From contig CAZPIM010000001.1 of the NCBI GenBank assembly GCA_964586385.1, forward strand, positions 24,710 through 88,709: DNA of 64,000 nucleotides, read 5' to 3'. A program made the translations under genes and the position numbers. Source of the stretch: an uncultured Anaerolineaceae bacterium. GTDB lineage: Bacteria > Chloroflexota > Anaerolineae > Anaerolineales > Anaerolineaceae. This document shows, piece by piece, positions 1 to 7,972 of the stretch. A model generated the notes under the pieces. It was not told the origin of the DNA, made no database searches, and worked only from the letters and a program-made list of their open reading frames with translations. The stretch's first letter is position 1. Every line of letters starts with the position of its first letter.

Positions 1-809
1 TTTTCAAAAACTTTTTGAAGTTCAGGATATTTTTCTAAAACAAAAACGATCGGTAAAGTTTTTTTCCCTGTTTTTAAATCGAGCGAAGTTGATTTTCCAG
101 TGAGTTTTTCGTCGCCCCAAATACCAAGATAATCATCTTGTGCCTGGAATGCAATACCCAAAGCTGTTCCAAAATCTTTTAGATTCATGCGGTCAGATTC
201 AGTTGATTCCGCGATAATTCCACCTAATTCTGTAGATGAAGCAATTAATGCTGCTGTTTTTCCGGATATCATTTGGAAATACTCAGCACTTGAAATGGTT
301 GTTTTTGATTCAAAAAGCATATCCAAATGCTGGCCACCAGTCAAAGCCAAACATGTTAAATTGAATAATCTCGCAGCTTGATAGGCTACGTTTGGGTTTG
401 TTTTTCCAAGGTCTAAAATTGCCAATTGGGAAAGAGAAAACATAGCATCTCCGGTATTGATGGCTTGAGCGATTCCCCACTTTTTCCAAATGGTATGCTT
501 ACCGTGACGAAATTCAGATTGGTCTTCAATGTCGTCATGAATTAAAGAAAAATTATGTAAATATTCAAGTGCAGCAGCTGCCGGCAAGGCACTTCTCCAA
601 TCAGCACCACAAAGTTTGCAACATAATAACAAAATTATTGGGCGGATTCTTTTTCCTTTTCCTTTGCTATTATTTAATACCCAACCCATTTGGTATGACA
701 TCATCTCTTTCATACCCGAATAATCCATTGGTATATTATTATCCAGCATGGCTTTAAGAGAAATTTCGATTTCTGGTAAGAATAATTCTGAGAAAGTTTC
801 CAGGTTCAT
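1..809 (-). CDS. Polyprenyl (geranylgeranyl/farnesyl) diphosphate synthase, partial; C-terminus lies outside the window
   Basis: Absent from the ORF track because it runs off the window edge. My minus-strand translation from the ATG at 809 reads MNLETFSELFLPEIEISLKAML...GKGKRIRPIILLLCCKLCG...LHNFSLIHDDIEDQSEFRHGKHTIWKKWG...LGIAFQAQDDYLGIWGDEKLTGKS. Both Asp-rich motifs of trans-prenyltransferases are present (LIHDDIED and QAQDDYLG). The start lies 1 nt after the stop of the upstream idi gene. Confidence 0.85.
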   Translation of the reverse strand, partial: MNLETFSELFLPEIEISLKAMLDNNIPMDYSGMKEMMSYQMGWVLNNSKGKGKRIRPIILLLCCKLCGADWRSALPAAAALEYLHNFSLIHDDIEDQSEFRHGKHTIWKKWGIAQAINTGDAMFSLSQLAILDLGKTNPNVAYQAARLFNLTCLALTGGQHLDMLFESKTTISSAEYFQMISGKTAALIASSTELGGIIAESTESDRMNLKDFGTALGIAFQAQDDYLGIWGDEKLTGKSTSLDLKTGKKTLPIVFVLEKYPELQKVFE

Positions 810-810
810 T

Positions 811-1854
811 CTAATTTCCCACTTTGAAAATTTTTGTGTTTTGGAATTGTGAAATCGTACCTGATCCTGTGCCAAACATTGCTATACGCAAAACTCTTTC
901 AATAATCTCTATTTCCACAAATAAATCATCGATTGAACTTACTGCTTTCTTTAATATCACTCCAGCCATTCCTGCCAATTTCGCACCTAATGCTACTGTT
1001 TTTGCGATATCCATTCCTGATTTCAAACCACCGGATGCGATAATTACCGAATCTAATTTACTTTCTCCAATTTCGAACAAGGCTTTGCCAGTTGGAATAC
1101 CCCAATCCCGGAATTCCTCAGCTACACGAATATCTTTTTCTTCAGATAATCGATATCGCTCGACTTGTGTCCAGGACGTTCCTCCAGCACCGGATATATC
1201 AATTCCTGATACGCCAGCATTTATCAATTTCCGAGCAATGGCAGGAGATATTCCCCAACCCACTTCTTTAACAACAACTGGATGATCCAAGGAATTACAA
1301 ATTGATTCAATTTTATTCAAGAGACCCGAAAAATTTGTGTTTCCTTCCAGCTGAATTGCCTCTTGTAATGGATTTAGATGCAAAATGAGAGCATCAGCCT
1401 CAATCATTTCAATCGCTTTTTTACATTGCTCAATTCCATAACCATAATTCAATTGAACTGCTCCAAGATTTGCGAATAATAAAATATTTGGAGCAAATTT
1501 CCTCACTTGAAAAGATTCAGCCAATGTTGAATCTTCAATTGCCGCTCTTTGCGAACCAACTCCCATTGCTAAGCCATATTTTTCAGCAGTTAATGCAAGT
1601 CTTCGATTGATTTCGGTTGCCTGTGACGTCCCTCCAGTCATTGAGGAGATTAATATAGGCAATCCGACTTCTTTTCCAAATAACAATTGTCGTGTATCAA
1701 TTGATTTATAATCTAACTCCGGTAAAGCAGAATGATAAAACCGAAATTTTTCTAAACCTGTTTGCGCTTTCGAAGACACATCTTCAATTATATTGATATT
1801 GATGTGGTCGTTTTTTCTTGCGGCTATTGATTCATTTTCCATATCTTTATCCAT
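811..1854 (-). CDS. fni: Type 2 (FMN-dependent) isopentenyl-diphosphate delta-isomerase
   Basis: 347-aa ORF. The stretches PILISSMTGGT, GVGSQRAA, VKEVGWGIS and GIDISGAGGTSW match the IDI-2 TIM-barrel family. It is translationally coupled to the downstream prenyl synthase. Confidence 0.9.
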   Translation of the reverse strand: MDKDMENESIAARKNDHININIIEDVSSKAQTGLEKFRFYHSALPELDYKSIDTRQLLFGKEVGLPILISSMTGGTSQATEINRRLALTAEKYGLAMGVGSQRAAIEDSTLAESFQVRKFAPNILLFANLGAVQLNYGYGIEQCKKAIEMIEADALILHLNPLQEAIQLEGNTNFSGLLNKIESICNSLDHPVVVKEVGWGISPAIARKLINAGVSGIDISGAGGTSWTQVERYRLSEEKDIRVAEEFRDWGIPTGKALFEIGESKLDSVIIASGGLKSGMDIAKTVALGAKLAGMAGVILKKAVSSIDDLFVEIEIIERVLRIAMFGTGSGTISQFQNTKIFKVGN

Positions 1855-1944
1855 TTTTTTTTAATATACTCAGTATATCAAAACAAATTTGAAATTGCGG
1901 GGATTTTAAATCAAACTGCAAGTTTTCTGTTCTGTATTAATAAC

Positions 1945-1972
1945 TTGACAGAATTCAAAGGCAAGATACAAT
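1945..1972 (+). promoter_or_regulatory. Sigma-70-type promoter candidate for the ACP gene
   Basis: TTGACA (1945-1950), a 16-nt spacer, then TACAAT (1967-1972). An AGGAGG RBS at 1998-2003 precedes the ATG at 2010. Confidence 0.4.
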
Positions 1973-2009
1973 TTTCAAATATACGCAATCAAATTCACAG
2001 GAGGTACCA

Positions 2010-2246
2010 ATGAGTGATGTTTTTGGACAGGTCAAGGCTATCATTGTTGATGTTCTAAAAGTAGATGAAGGTGAGCTTGAACTAGATACTCGTTTTATTG
2101 AAGATTTAAAAGCTGATTCTATGGATCAATTTTTCCTTATTGATGGCTTTAGTGAAAAGTTTAATTTAGAAATCCCGGATGAGAAAGCGCGCCAAATTAA
2201 ATCTGTCGGTGATGCGGTTCAATATATAGAACAAAATTTAAAATAA
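2010..2246 (+). CDS. Acyl carrier protein-like (orphan ACP)
   Basis: 78 aa. DLKADSMDQ sits at the position of the ACP DSL/DSM phosphopantetheine-attachment serine. Size and helix pattern fit an ACP. No fab, PKS or NRPS genes are adjacent. Confidence 0.7.
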   Translation: MSDVFGQVKAIIVDVLKVDEGELELDTRFIEDLKADSMDQFFLIDGFSEKFNLEIPDEKARQIKSVGDAVQYIEQNLK

Positions 2247-2256
2247 AATTGACGAT

Positions 2257-2286
2257 AAAAAATGTGTCTTTACAGGCACATTTTTT
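2257..2286. terminator. Bidirectional intrinsic terminator between the ACP gene (+) and sucD (-)
   Basis: Stem AAAAAATGTG (2257-2266) pairs with CACATTTTTT (2277-2286) around a 10-nt loop. A and T runs flank it on both sides. Confidence 0.6.
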
Positions 2287-3151
2287 ATCGAATCAACATT
2301 CTCGCAATCTCTTCCGGATGATGTGCGATTTGGACTCCTGATACCTTTAGTGCATGGATTTTTTCTTCTGCTGTACCTTCTCCACTTTCAATAATTGCAC
2401 CTGCATGTCCCATCCGTTTTCCTGGAGGTGCTGATTCACCCGCGATAAATGCCACGACCGGTTTTGTCATATAACGTGCAATATAATCTGCGGCAATTTG
2501 CTCATCATTTCCGCCGATTTCTCCAATCATGACAACCTGATCCGTTTGAGGATCGGCTTCAAACATTTCTAATGTATCAATGAAATTCAATCCATGAATT
2601 GGATCCCCACCTATGCCAACGCATGTACTTGAACCAATATTGTTAGCTAACATAGCATACAAAACTTCATAAGTAAGTGTTCCTGATCGGGAAACAACTC
2701 CGACATTTCCTGGTATTGTAATATTTCCTGGAATGATCCCTACCTTTGCTTCTCCAGGCGTCAGTAAACCCGGGCAATTTGGACCAATGAGGTTTACATT
2801 TCTTTGATCCAGGAATTTCTTAACACGCATCATATCCCGCACTGGAATACCTTCTGTTATACAAACAACCAGTGGAATACCGGCATCCCCGGCTTCCAAC
2901 ATTGCATCGGCTGCAAATCTTGCTGGTACAAATATTACAGACACATTTGCCCCGGTCGCATTTTTTGCTATTTTTACAGAATCAAATATCGGAACTTTTC
3001 CATCAAAGATCCAATCCCCGCCTTTTCCTGGCGTCACTCCTGCAACAACATTCGTCCCATATTGAAACATTTGCCAACTGTGGAATAACCCCTCATTTCC
3101 GGTGATACCCTGGATTAAGATACGGCTATCTTTATCAACGAGGATACTCAT
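2285..3151 (-). CDS. sucD: Succinyl-CoA synthetase alpha subunit
   Basis: 288 aa. The stretches [17 protein letters not shown] and GHAGAI (phosphohistidine loop) are present. It overlaps sucC by 4 nt. Confidence 0.95.
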   Translation of the reverse strand: MSILVDKDSRILIQGITGNEGLFHSWQMFQYGTNVVAGVTPGKGGDWIFDGKVPIFDSVKIAKNATGANVSVIFVPARFAADAMLEAGDAGIPLVVCITEGIPVRDMMRVKKFLDQRNVNLIGPNCPGLLTPGEAKVGIIPGNITIPGNVGVVSRSGTLTYEVLYAMLANNIGSSTCVGIGGDPIHGLNFIDTLEMFEADPQTDQVVMIGEIGGNDEQIAADYIARYMTKPVVAFIAGESAPPGKRMGHAGAIIESGEGTAEEKIHALKVSGVQIAHHPEEIARMLIR

Positions 3152-4290
3152 AGTGATTCTCCTTTGGCCAACTTGACAGAGGTTATTGCTGCGTTTACGA
3201 GAGTATCAGCTGTCAAGATCTCAGAATCCCGTAGTAATTTTCTACCTTCCTCATCATTGGTACCAACCAATCGGACAACAATTGGTATTTTTACAACGAT
3301 ATCTCTTAATGCAGATAAGATACCTTTTGCAACTTCATCGCATCGCGTAATACCCCCAAAAATATTTATCAGGATTACTTTTACTTTTGGGTCTGAAAGG
3401 ATAATTCTCAGGGCAGCAGAAACTTTATCGGCTCCTGCACCGCCACCAATATCCAGAAAGTTTGCAGGAGACCCACCATTTTGTTTAATGATATCCATAG
3501 TTGCCATTGCAAGACCTGCCCCGTTGACCATACAACCAATCTCACCATCCAGTTTTATAAAGGATAATCCGTATTTTCGGGCTTCAACTTCTGCATGTGC
3601 TTCGATATCAGGATCACGAAACTCAATTAATTCCGGATGACGATAAATTGCATTATCGTCGATGATCATTTTTGCATCCAAAGCCACCATTCTATGATCA
3701 TTAGTAATCACAAGTGGGTTTATTTCTGTTAATGTCGAATCTGTATCCAGAAAAGTTTGATATAAACCATGTAAAATTTTTATAAAAGATTTCCAATATT
3801 CACGTGGCAAATCAATGCCAATCGCAACATCTTTAGCCTGGAAATCCTGAAGACCTAATAATGGATCGATTCGTAATTTAAAAATTTTTTCAGGTGATAA
3901 TTGAGCAACTTCTTCAATATCGACCCCTCCCGCAGCAGAAGCCATTACGACAGGACAATTATTTGAACGATCATTAATGATCGAAAGATATATCTCCTGT
4001 TCAATGCTTACTGCCTCGTCTACAAGGATTTTCCGGACAGGAAGTCCTTTAATTTCCATTCCTAATATATCAGTGGCAAATTTTTCAGCTTCATTTGGGT
4101 CTTTTGCGAGCTTAATTCCCCCGGATTTTCCTCTACCACCAACTAAAACCTGCGCTTTAATTACTACCCTTCCCCCAAATTCCTCTGCAATTTGTTTCGC
4201 TTCTGAAGCGATATTGGCAACCCTACCTTTAGGAATCGGTACATCATAACGCTCAAAAATTTTCTTACACTGGTACTCGTGCAATTTCAT
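3148..4290 (-). CDS. sucC: Succinyl-CoA synthetase beta subunit (ATP-grasp)
   Basis: Starts [12 protein letters not shown]... and includes [11 protein letters not shown] and [15 protein letters not shown] prefer the ATG at 4290, which is preceded by GGAGA at 4295-4299, over the TTG at 4305 used by the ORF track. Confidence 0.95.
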   Translation of the reverse strand: MKLHEYQCKKIFERYDVPIPKGRVANIASEAKQIAEEFGGRVVIKAQVLVGGRGKSGGIKLAKDPNEAEKFATDILGMEIKGLPVRKILVDEAVSIEQEIYLSIINDRSNNCPVVMASAAGGVDIEEVAQLSPEKIFKLRIDPLLGLQDFQAKDVAIGIDLPREYWKSFIKILHGLYQTFLDTDSTLTEINPLVITNDHRMVALDAKMIIDDNAIYRHPELIEFRDPDIEAHAEVEARKYGLSFIKLDGEIGCMVNGAGLAMATMDIIKQNGGSPANFLDIGGGAGADKVSAALRIILSDPKVKVILINIFGGITRCDEVAKGILSALRDIVVKIPIVVRLVGTNDEEGRKLLRDSEILTADTLVNAAITSVKLAKGESL

Positions 4291-4392
4291 TATTTCTCCA
4301 ATCAAGAAATATAAATAAATCTATGGAAAATTATAATGTTTGGTTCAGCACAAAATAATTGTTGTACAATCACTTTTTGGGTGATTTAGTAC

Positions 4393-4427
4393 AAAAAACA
4401 AACAACCGGGAAATTTTATTCCCGGTT
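4393..4427 (-). terminator. Intrinsic terminator downstream of the SPFH-HTH gene
   Basis: AACCGGGAA (4404-4412) pairs with TTCCCGGTT (4419-4427). On the minus strand this is followed by a T-rich run (plus-strand AAAAAACAAAC at 4393-4403). Confidence 0.65.
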
Positions 4428-4445
4428 GCATTTAATTCTCCGTAT

Positions 4446-5501
4446 TTATCCTTTTAAGAAATCTTCTAGTGCAGATTTGCTGATCCTGAATGCTGACCCA
4501 ATTTTTCTTGCTTTAAGGTCCCCGGCTTGAATTGCTGCCAAAACATCTTCTTCTGAAACACGCATGACTAATGCTGCTTCTGCAGGTGTCATGACATCCG
4601 ACATGCCATTACCAGTTGTTGTAGGCTGCTTGGATGTTGCCGCTCCTCCAGCTGCGCCTGTCATACCACTTAGAGATTGAGAAATTACATTTCCAAGACC
4701 AACTCCTGCTCCGATGCCGGCAGTCAATCCCGCTCCACCACTTTCATTTTGGGCAGCTTCTCTTAATGCGTCAGCAGCCTGTAGTTGCGTATAAGTTTGC
4801 ATATCTAACATTCCCATTGCCCGCAATTCTTCGGCAGACTTATCGGAAGGTTTAAGGTTGGAAATATAAAACGACTTAAGCAATAATCCGATCGCAGCAA
4901 AATCGTCTTGAACTTTTGCGCGTACACCCGCACCTAATTCTTCTGTTAAGCCAATTAACTCAGCAACGCTCTTAAGTGCAGCAGTTTCACCGAGTAAATC
5001 CTGTAATTTAGACAGAAGCATGGATCGCAGGCGGCCTTCGATATCGACCATCCGATAAATACCATTAGCCCCAACGATTTGAGTGACAAATTGCTGTGCG
5101 TCTTTTACTTCAAAACTAAATGAACCAAAACCCTGTAATAATGCTACACCAAGTCCCATACCTGGATTTCTGACCAAGATCGGTTGAGGCGTACCCCATT
5201 TTCGATCGACAAATTCCCGCATTGAAACGTAATAGACTTCTGCAGTAAATGGTGTTCGATCATTAAAGACTTTGCCAATCAAGTCAACTAACTTTGGGAT
5301 ATTGGCTGTGACGATTGTGTGTCTTCCCGGGCCGAATTCATCCAAGGCTCGCCCGTCTCGAAAGAATATTGCTTTTTGAGATTCTCTAACAATTACCTGC
5401 GAACCAATTCTTAAATCAGCGATACCGGTTTCAGGAAAACGATGAACAATTTCATCTTTCATCTCACTTGGATATTCGACTACATCAAATATTCTTGCCA
5501 T
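4446..5501 (-). CDS. SPFH/Band-7 domain protein (COG4260-like) with a Gly/Ala-rich linker and a C-terminal excisionase-type helix-turn-helix
   Basis: 351 aa. The N-terminal roughly 250 aa resemble the 'virion core protein-like' SPFH subfamily. The C-terminal sequence MTPAEAALVMRVSEEDVLAAIQAGDLKARKIGSAFRISKSALEDFL fits the excisionase/MerR-type HTH pattern. A GGAGA RBS lies upstream. Confidence 0.8.
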   Translation of the reverse strand: MARIFDVVEYPSEMKDEIVHRFPETGIADLRIGSQVIVRESQKAIFFRDGRALDEFGPGRHTIVTANIPKLVDLIGKVFNDRTPFTAEVYYVSMREFVDRKWGTPQPILVRNPGMGLGVALLQGFGSFSFEVKDAQQFVTQIVGANGIYRMVDIEGRLRSMLLSKLQDLLGETAALKSVAELIGLTEELGAGVRAKVQDDFAAIGLLLKSFYISNLKPSDKSAEELRAMGMLDMQTYTQLQAADALREAAQNESGGAGLTAGIGAGVGLGNVISQSLSGMTGAAGGAATSKQPTTTGNGMSDVMTPAEAALVMRVSEEDVLAAIQAGDLKARKIGSAFRISKSALEDFLKG

Positions 5502-5535
5502 TTTTATTCTCCATATATGAACCTAAAAAATATAA

Positions 5536-6072
5536 TCAGGATTTTTCCCCTGAATTAATGCCACCCATCATTACTTCTGCTCTAAGATTAAAAGCATCTA
5601 CTGCCTGTTGAGCTAAAACGGTTAAATGACGAATAGAAGCTGGAAGCCCATCTGTTCCAATCGAAGTCTCGACATTATCAACAGCTCTGCTGATTTCATC
5701 TACCGAGTCCATTAAAGCCAGATCATATTCATAAACCTTCGCCAATTCTTCTTCTCGGATTTTTACTGCATCAAAAAAAGGTGCATATCCATAGGAAGCA
5801 TGACGGATGCGATCAATAAACTGTCTGATCTTAATTGCAGATCTCTCCAAATCGTCGATAAACATTATTCCACCAGAGCTTATTAACTCAGTTTGAAGAG
5901 AAGAAATTCTTTGCCATTGTTGTTCAAATCGATCAGCAATCCCTTCCCGTAAAAGTTTATCTGATGCTCTGCGATTCTCCCGCTCAATATATCCATTAAA
6001 ACCAGGTATTTTACTCAATAATTTCCGAATGACATCTTGATTATCTGTAATTCGATTAAATAAATCACTCAT
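5536..6072 (-). CDS. Hypothetical protein that looks helical, co-transcribed upstream of the SPFH-HTH gene
   Basis: The start was moved to the ATG at 6072 (MSDLFNRITDNQ...) because AGGAGG lies 6 nt upstream. 178 aa, with no motif I recognise. A 34-nt gap separates it from the SPFH gene. Confidence 0.6.
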   Translation of the reverse strand: MSDLFNRITDNQDVIRKLLSKIPGFNGYIERENRRASDKLLREGIADRFEQQWQRISSLQTELISSGGIMFIDDLERSAIKIRQFIDRIRHASYGYAPFFDAVKIREEELAKVYEYDLALMDSVDEISRAVDNVETSIGTDGLPASIRHLTVLAQQAVDAFNLRAEVMMGGINSGEKS

Positions 6073-6262
6073 TTTTCCTCCTAAAGATCTACAAAAACTG
6101 TTGGATCTGATTAAATTATTATAGCGCAATCCAATATATTAATAATACAATCTGTCCAATAAACATATACGATATTTGAAGACGGAAGTTTCGACACAAT
6201 ATGCAAATTATCAAAAATATTTGCAGGGACCATGCCTGTAAGGATTTTGTAATGTCAAAGCC

Positions 6263-6290
6263 TTGAAATGTTTACTAATTTGGATATAAT
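6263..6290 (+). promoter_or_regulatory. Sigma-70-type promoter candidate for flp
   Basis: TTGAAA (6263-6268), a 16-nt spacer, then TATAAT (6285-6290). An inverted repeat TGCAAAT-N10-ATTTGCA at 6202-6225 lies just upstream. Confidence 0.45.
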
Positions 6291-6336
6291 ATGTCTATCA
6301 TTGAATAAAAAATTCTTTGGGAAGGAGGAAAATAAA

Positions 6337-6483
6337 ATGTTATTTGCACCGAAAGAAAAAGGTCAAGGTTTAGTTGAATATGCTTTAATTCTTGTTTTAG
6401 TAGCTGTTGTTGTAATTGTTATTCTTGCGTTACTTGGCCCCGCAATTGGAAGAATTTTCAGCAATATTGTTACTGCCATCTAA
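6337..6483 (+). CDS. flp: Flp/Fap family type IVb pilin
   Basis: The start was moved to the ATG at 6337, behind GGAAGGAGG at 6320-6328. The 48-aa product MLFAPKEKGQGLVEYALILVLVAVVVIVILALLGP... has the Flp G/XXXXEY processing motif followed by a hydrophobic helix. Confidence 0.8.
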   Translation: MLFAPKEKGQGLVEYALILVLVAVVVIVILALLGPAIGRIFSNIVTAI

Positions 6484-6510
6484 TAATAATCAACACTGAG
6501 ATAAAAATGA

Positions 6511-6548
6511 AAAGAGATCTCTATCACATATAGAGATCTCTTTTTAGA
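6511..6548 (+). terminator. Strong intrinsic terminator after flp
   Basis: A 13-bp perfect stem, AAAGAGATCTCTA (6511-6523) pairing with TAGAGATCTCTTT (6531-6543), with a 7-nt loop and a T-run. Confidence 0.8.
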
Positions 6549-6825
6549 TCAAATCCGAGAATAATTGTTTTTATGAGTTTTACTTAAAATTTATGTTTTT
6601 CTTTCCTTCTTTAATTTATATTTAACGATGTATAATCAAATTCAAACACTAATAAAAGCTGACTTCCCAAATAATGGCACAAATAATGCATATATAATTA
6701 TGTGAGAAGAGAGCGCGGGGAGGATTTGATATTTCGTTGGTGTTCTCCCTTGGATTTTTTCAATCTACCGTATAATAAATTTATTATTATTTTGTTTCCC
6801 TGATTATAAAAAAGGAGACGTAAGC

Positions 6826-7914
6826 ATGGCTAAAAGTGGACAAAAAAGTGGTCGTATTATCATTATTGTTGCATTAGTATTAATTGTTATTGTTTTAGGG
6901 TTAGCGTACGCATATATTCAACTGCGCCCCCTATTACAACCTCAAGCAGACCCAGCGCAACAAACACAAGTTCAAGTTGAAGAAATGGTCAATATAGTAA
7001 TTACTACACAATCGATCCCGAGAGGTGAAGTGATTACTGAGAATGTGGTGGCAATGATCCCTTTTCCTAAAAAGGAATTGGTTGAAGGTACATTCCTGAC
7101 TTCCTTGGATCAGGTAATTGGAAAGAAAGCAATGTATCCACTCGAACCACGTATGCCTGTAACTGCAAGTTTATTATTGGATTCTGTGACAGGTGGGTCA
7201 ATTGCATCCTTCGACATTCCTGTCGATAAAACAGCATTATCAGTACCAATTGGCCGTGAAGCTTTAGTCGCCTATGCACCACAGCCAGGAGACCATGTAA
7301 TGGTAATCGGTTGTATGTGGCTGGTTGATCTTGATCCTGAATATCAAACCATTTTGCCTAACTTCACAGCTTCTGTCACAAAGCAAATATTTAATGCTGA
7401 AAGCACCGTAGAATCCTTGTCAATTAATATTCAAGGTGGATCCACTGCATCTGCTCAAGGTCGAACCGAATTAGATCCAACTTTGAATGAACCTTTATAT
7501 GTTCAACCATCAGAAGCACAAAGACCAAGATTAGTTTGCCAGAATTTAATTCAAGACGCTATCATCTTACGAGTTGGCGAATTTCCTGTTGATGGTGTTG
7601 AAGAAGTTGCAGTAGTTGAAGAACCTGTTGTAACACCAGCCGGTGAAGAAGCTGTAGCTCCTGAACCTGAGCCAAAACCTGACATTGTCACATTAGTTGT
7701 CTCTCCTCAAGATGCTGTATTAATGAGTTACCTCCGTCAGTCAAATATTTCCTTCTCATTAGCCTTAAGAAACCCCAATAATATCCAGGAAATTGTCACT
7801 GATGCAGTCACCCAACAATACTTGATGGATCAAAAAGATATTCCACTACCCGCCAAATTACCTTTTGGTCTTGAGACAAGATCCGGAGAAGTTGCACCAG
7901 CCACAACTGAATAA
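6826..7914 (+). CDS. cpaB: Flp pilus assembly protein CpaB/RcpC-like
   Basis: 362 aa with an N-terminal TM helix (IIIIVALVLIVIVLGLAYAYI). A SAF-like region (TTQSIPRGEVITENV) sits in the typical CpaB position, directly upstream of cpaE/cpaF. There is an acidic/Pro-rich insert (VEEPVVTPAGEEAVAPEPEPKPD). Confidence 0.75.
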   Translation: MAKSGQKSGRIIIIVALVLIVIVLGLAYAYIQLRPLLQPQADPAQQTQVQVEEMVNIVITTQSIPRGEVITENVVAMIPFPKKELVEGTFLTSLDQVIGKKAMYPLEPRMPVTASLLLDSVTGGSIASFDIPVDKTALSVPIGREALVAYAPQPGDHVMVIGCMWLVDLDPEYQTILPNFTASVTKQIFNAESTVESLSINIQGGSTASAQGRTELDPTLNEPLYVQPSEAQRPRLVCQNLIQDAIILRVGEFPVDGVEEVAVVEEPVVTPAGEEAVAPEPEPKPDIVTLVVSPQDAVLMSYLRQSNISFSLALRNPNNIQEIVTDAVTQQYLMDQKDIPLPAKLPFGLETRSGEVAPATTE

Positions 7915-7972
7915 CATACTTTACTCACTTTCTTAAAAATAATCGGATAGAAAATGGAGTTTTGAAGGAATT

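Noticed and set aside
824-1285. Long antisense ORFs lie inside well-supported genes. Examples: 824-1285 (153 aa, opposite idi), 3164-3640 (158 aa, opposite sucC), 8824-9189, 15539-15910, 21772-22134, 50542-50979 (145 aa, opposite rnc), 55729-56154 (141 aa, opposite mutS), 61421-61795 (opposite ftsZ).
   Set aside because: Each lies entirely within a gene whose product has unmistakable family motifs. Their translations are low-complexity (Ser/Pro/Ile-rich) with no RBS or recognisable domain. This is the typical mirror-frame artefact of codon bias.
6268-6336. N-terminal extensions proposed by the ORF track. These affect flp (6268), rpsF (44215), ssb (44580), mutS (54899), the ferredoxin gene (28381), cinA (19811), sucC (4305) and the SPFH partner gene (6129).
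   Set aside because: In each case an internal ATG is preceded by a good Shine-Dalgarno at proper spacing and yields the conserved family N-terminus. The upstream extensions are AT-rich read-through of promoter or leader DNA.
6549-6825. A possible c-di-GMP or other riboswitch in the long leader between flp and cpaB.
   Set aside because: I could not find the conserved GEMM-type sequence blocks or a convincing multi-helix fold. There is only a short G-rich island. It is kept as a low-interest 'long leader' finding instead.
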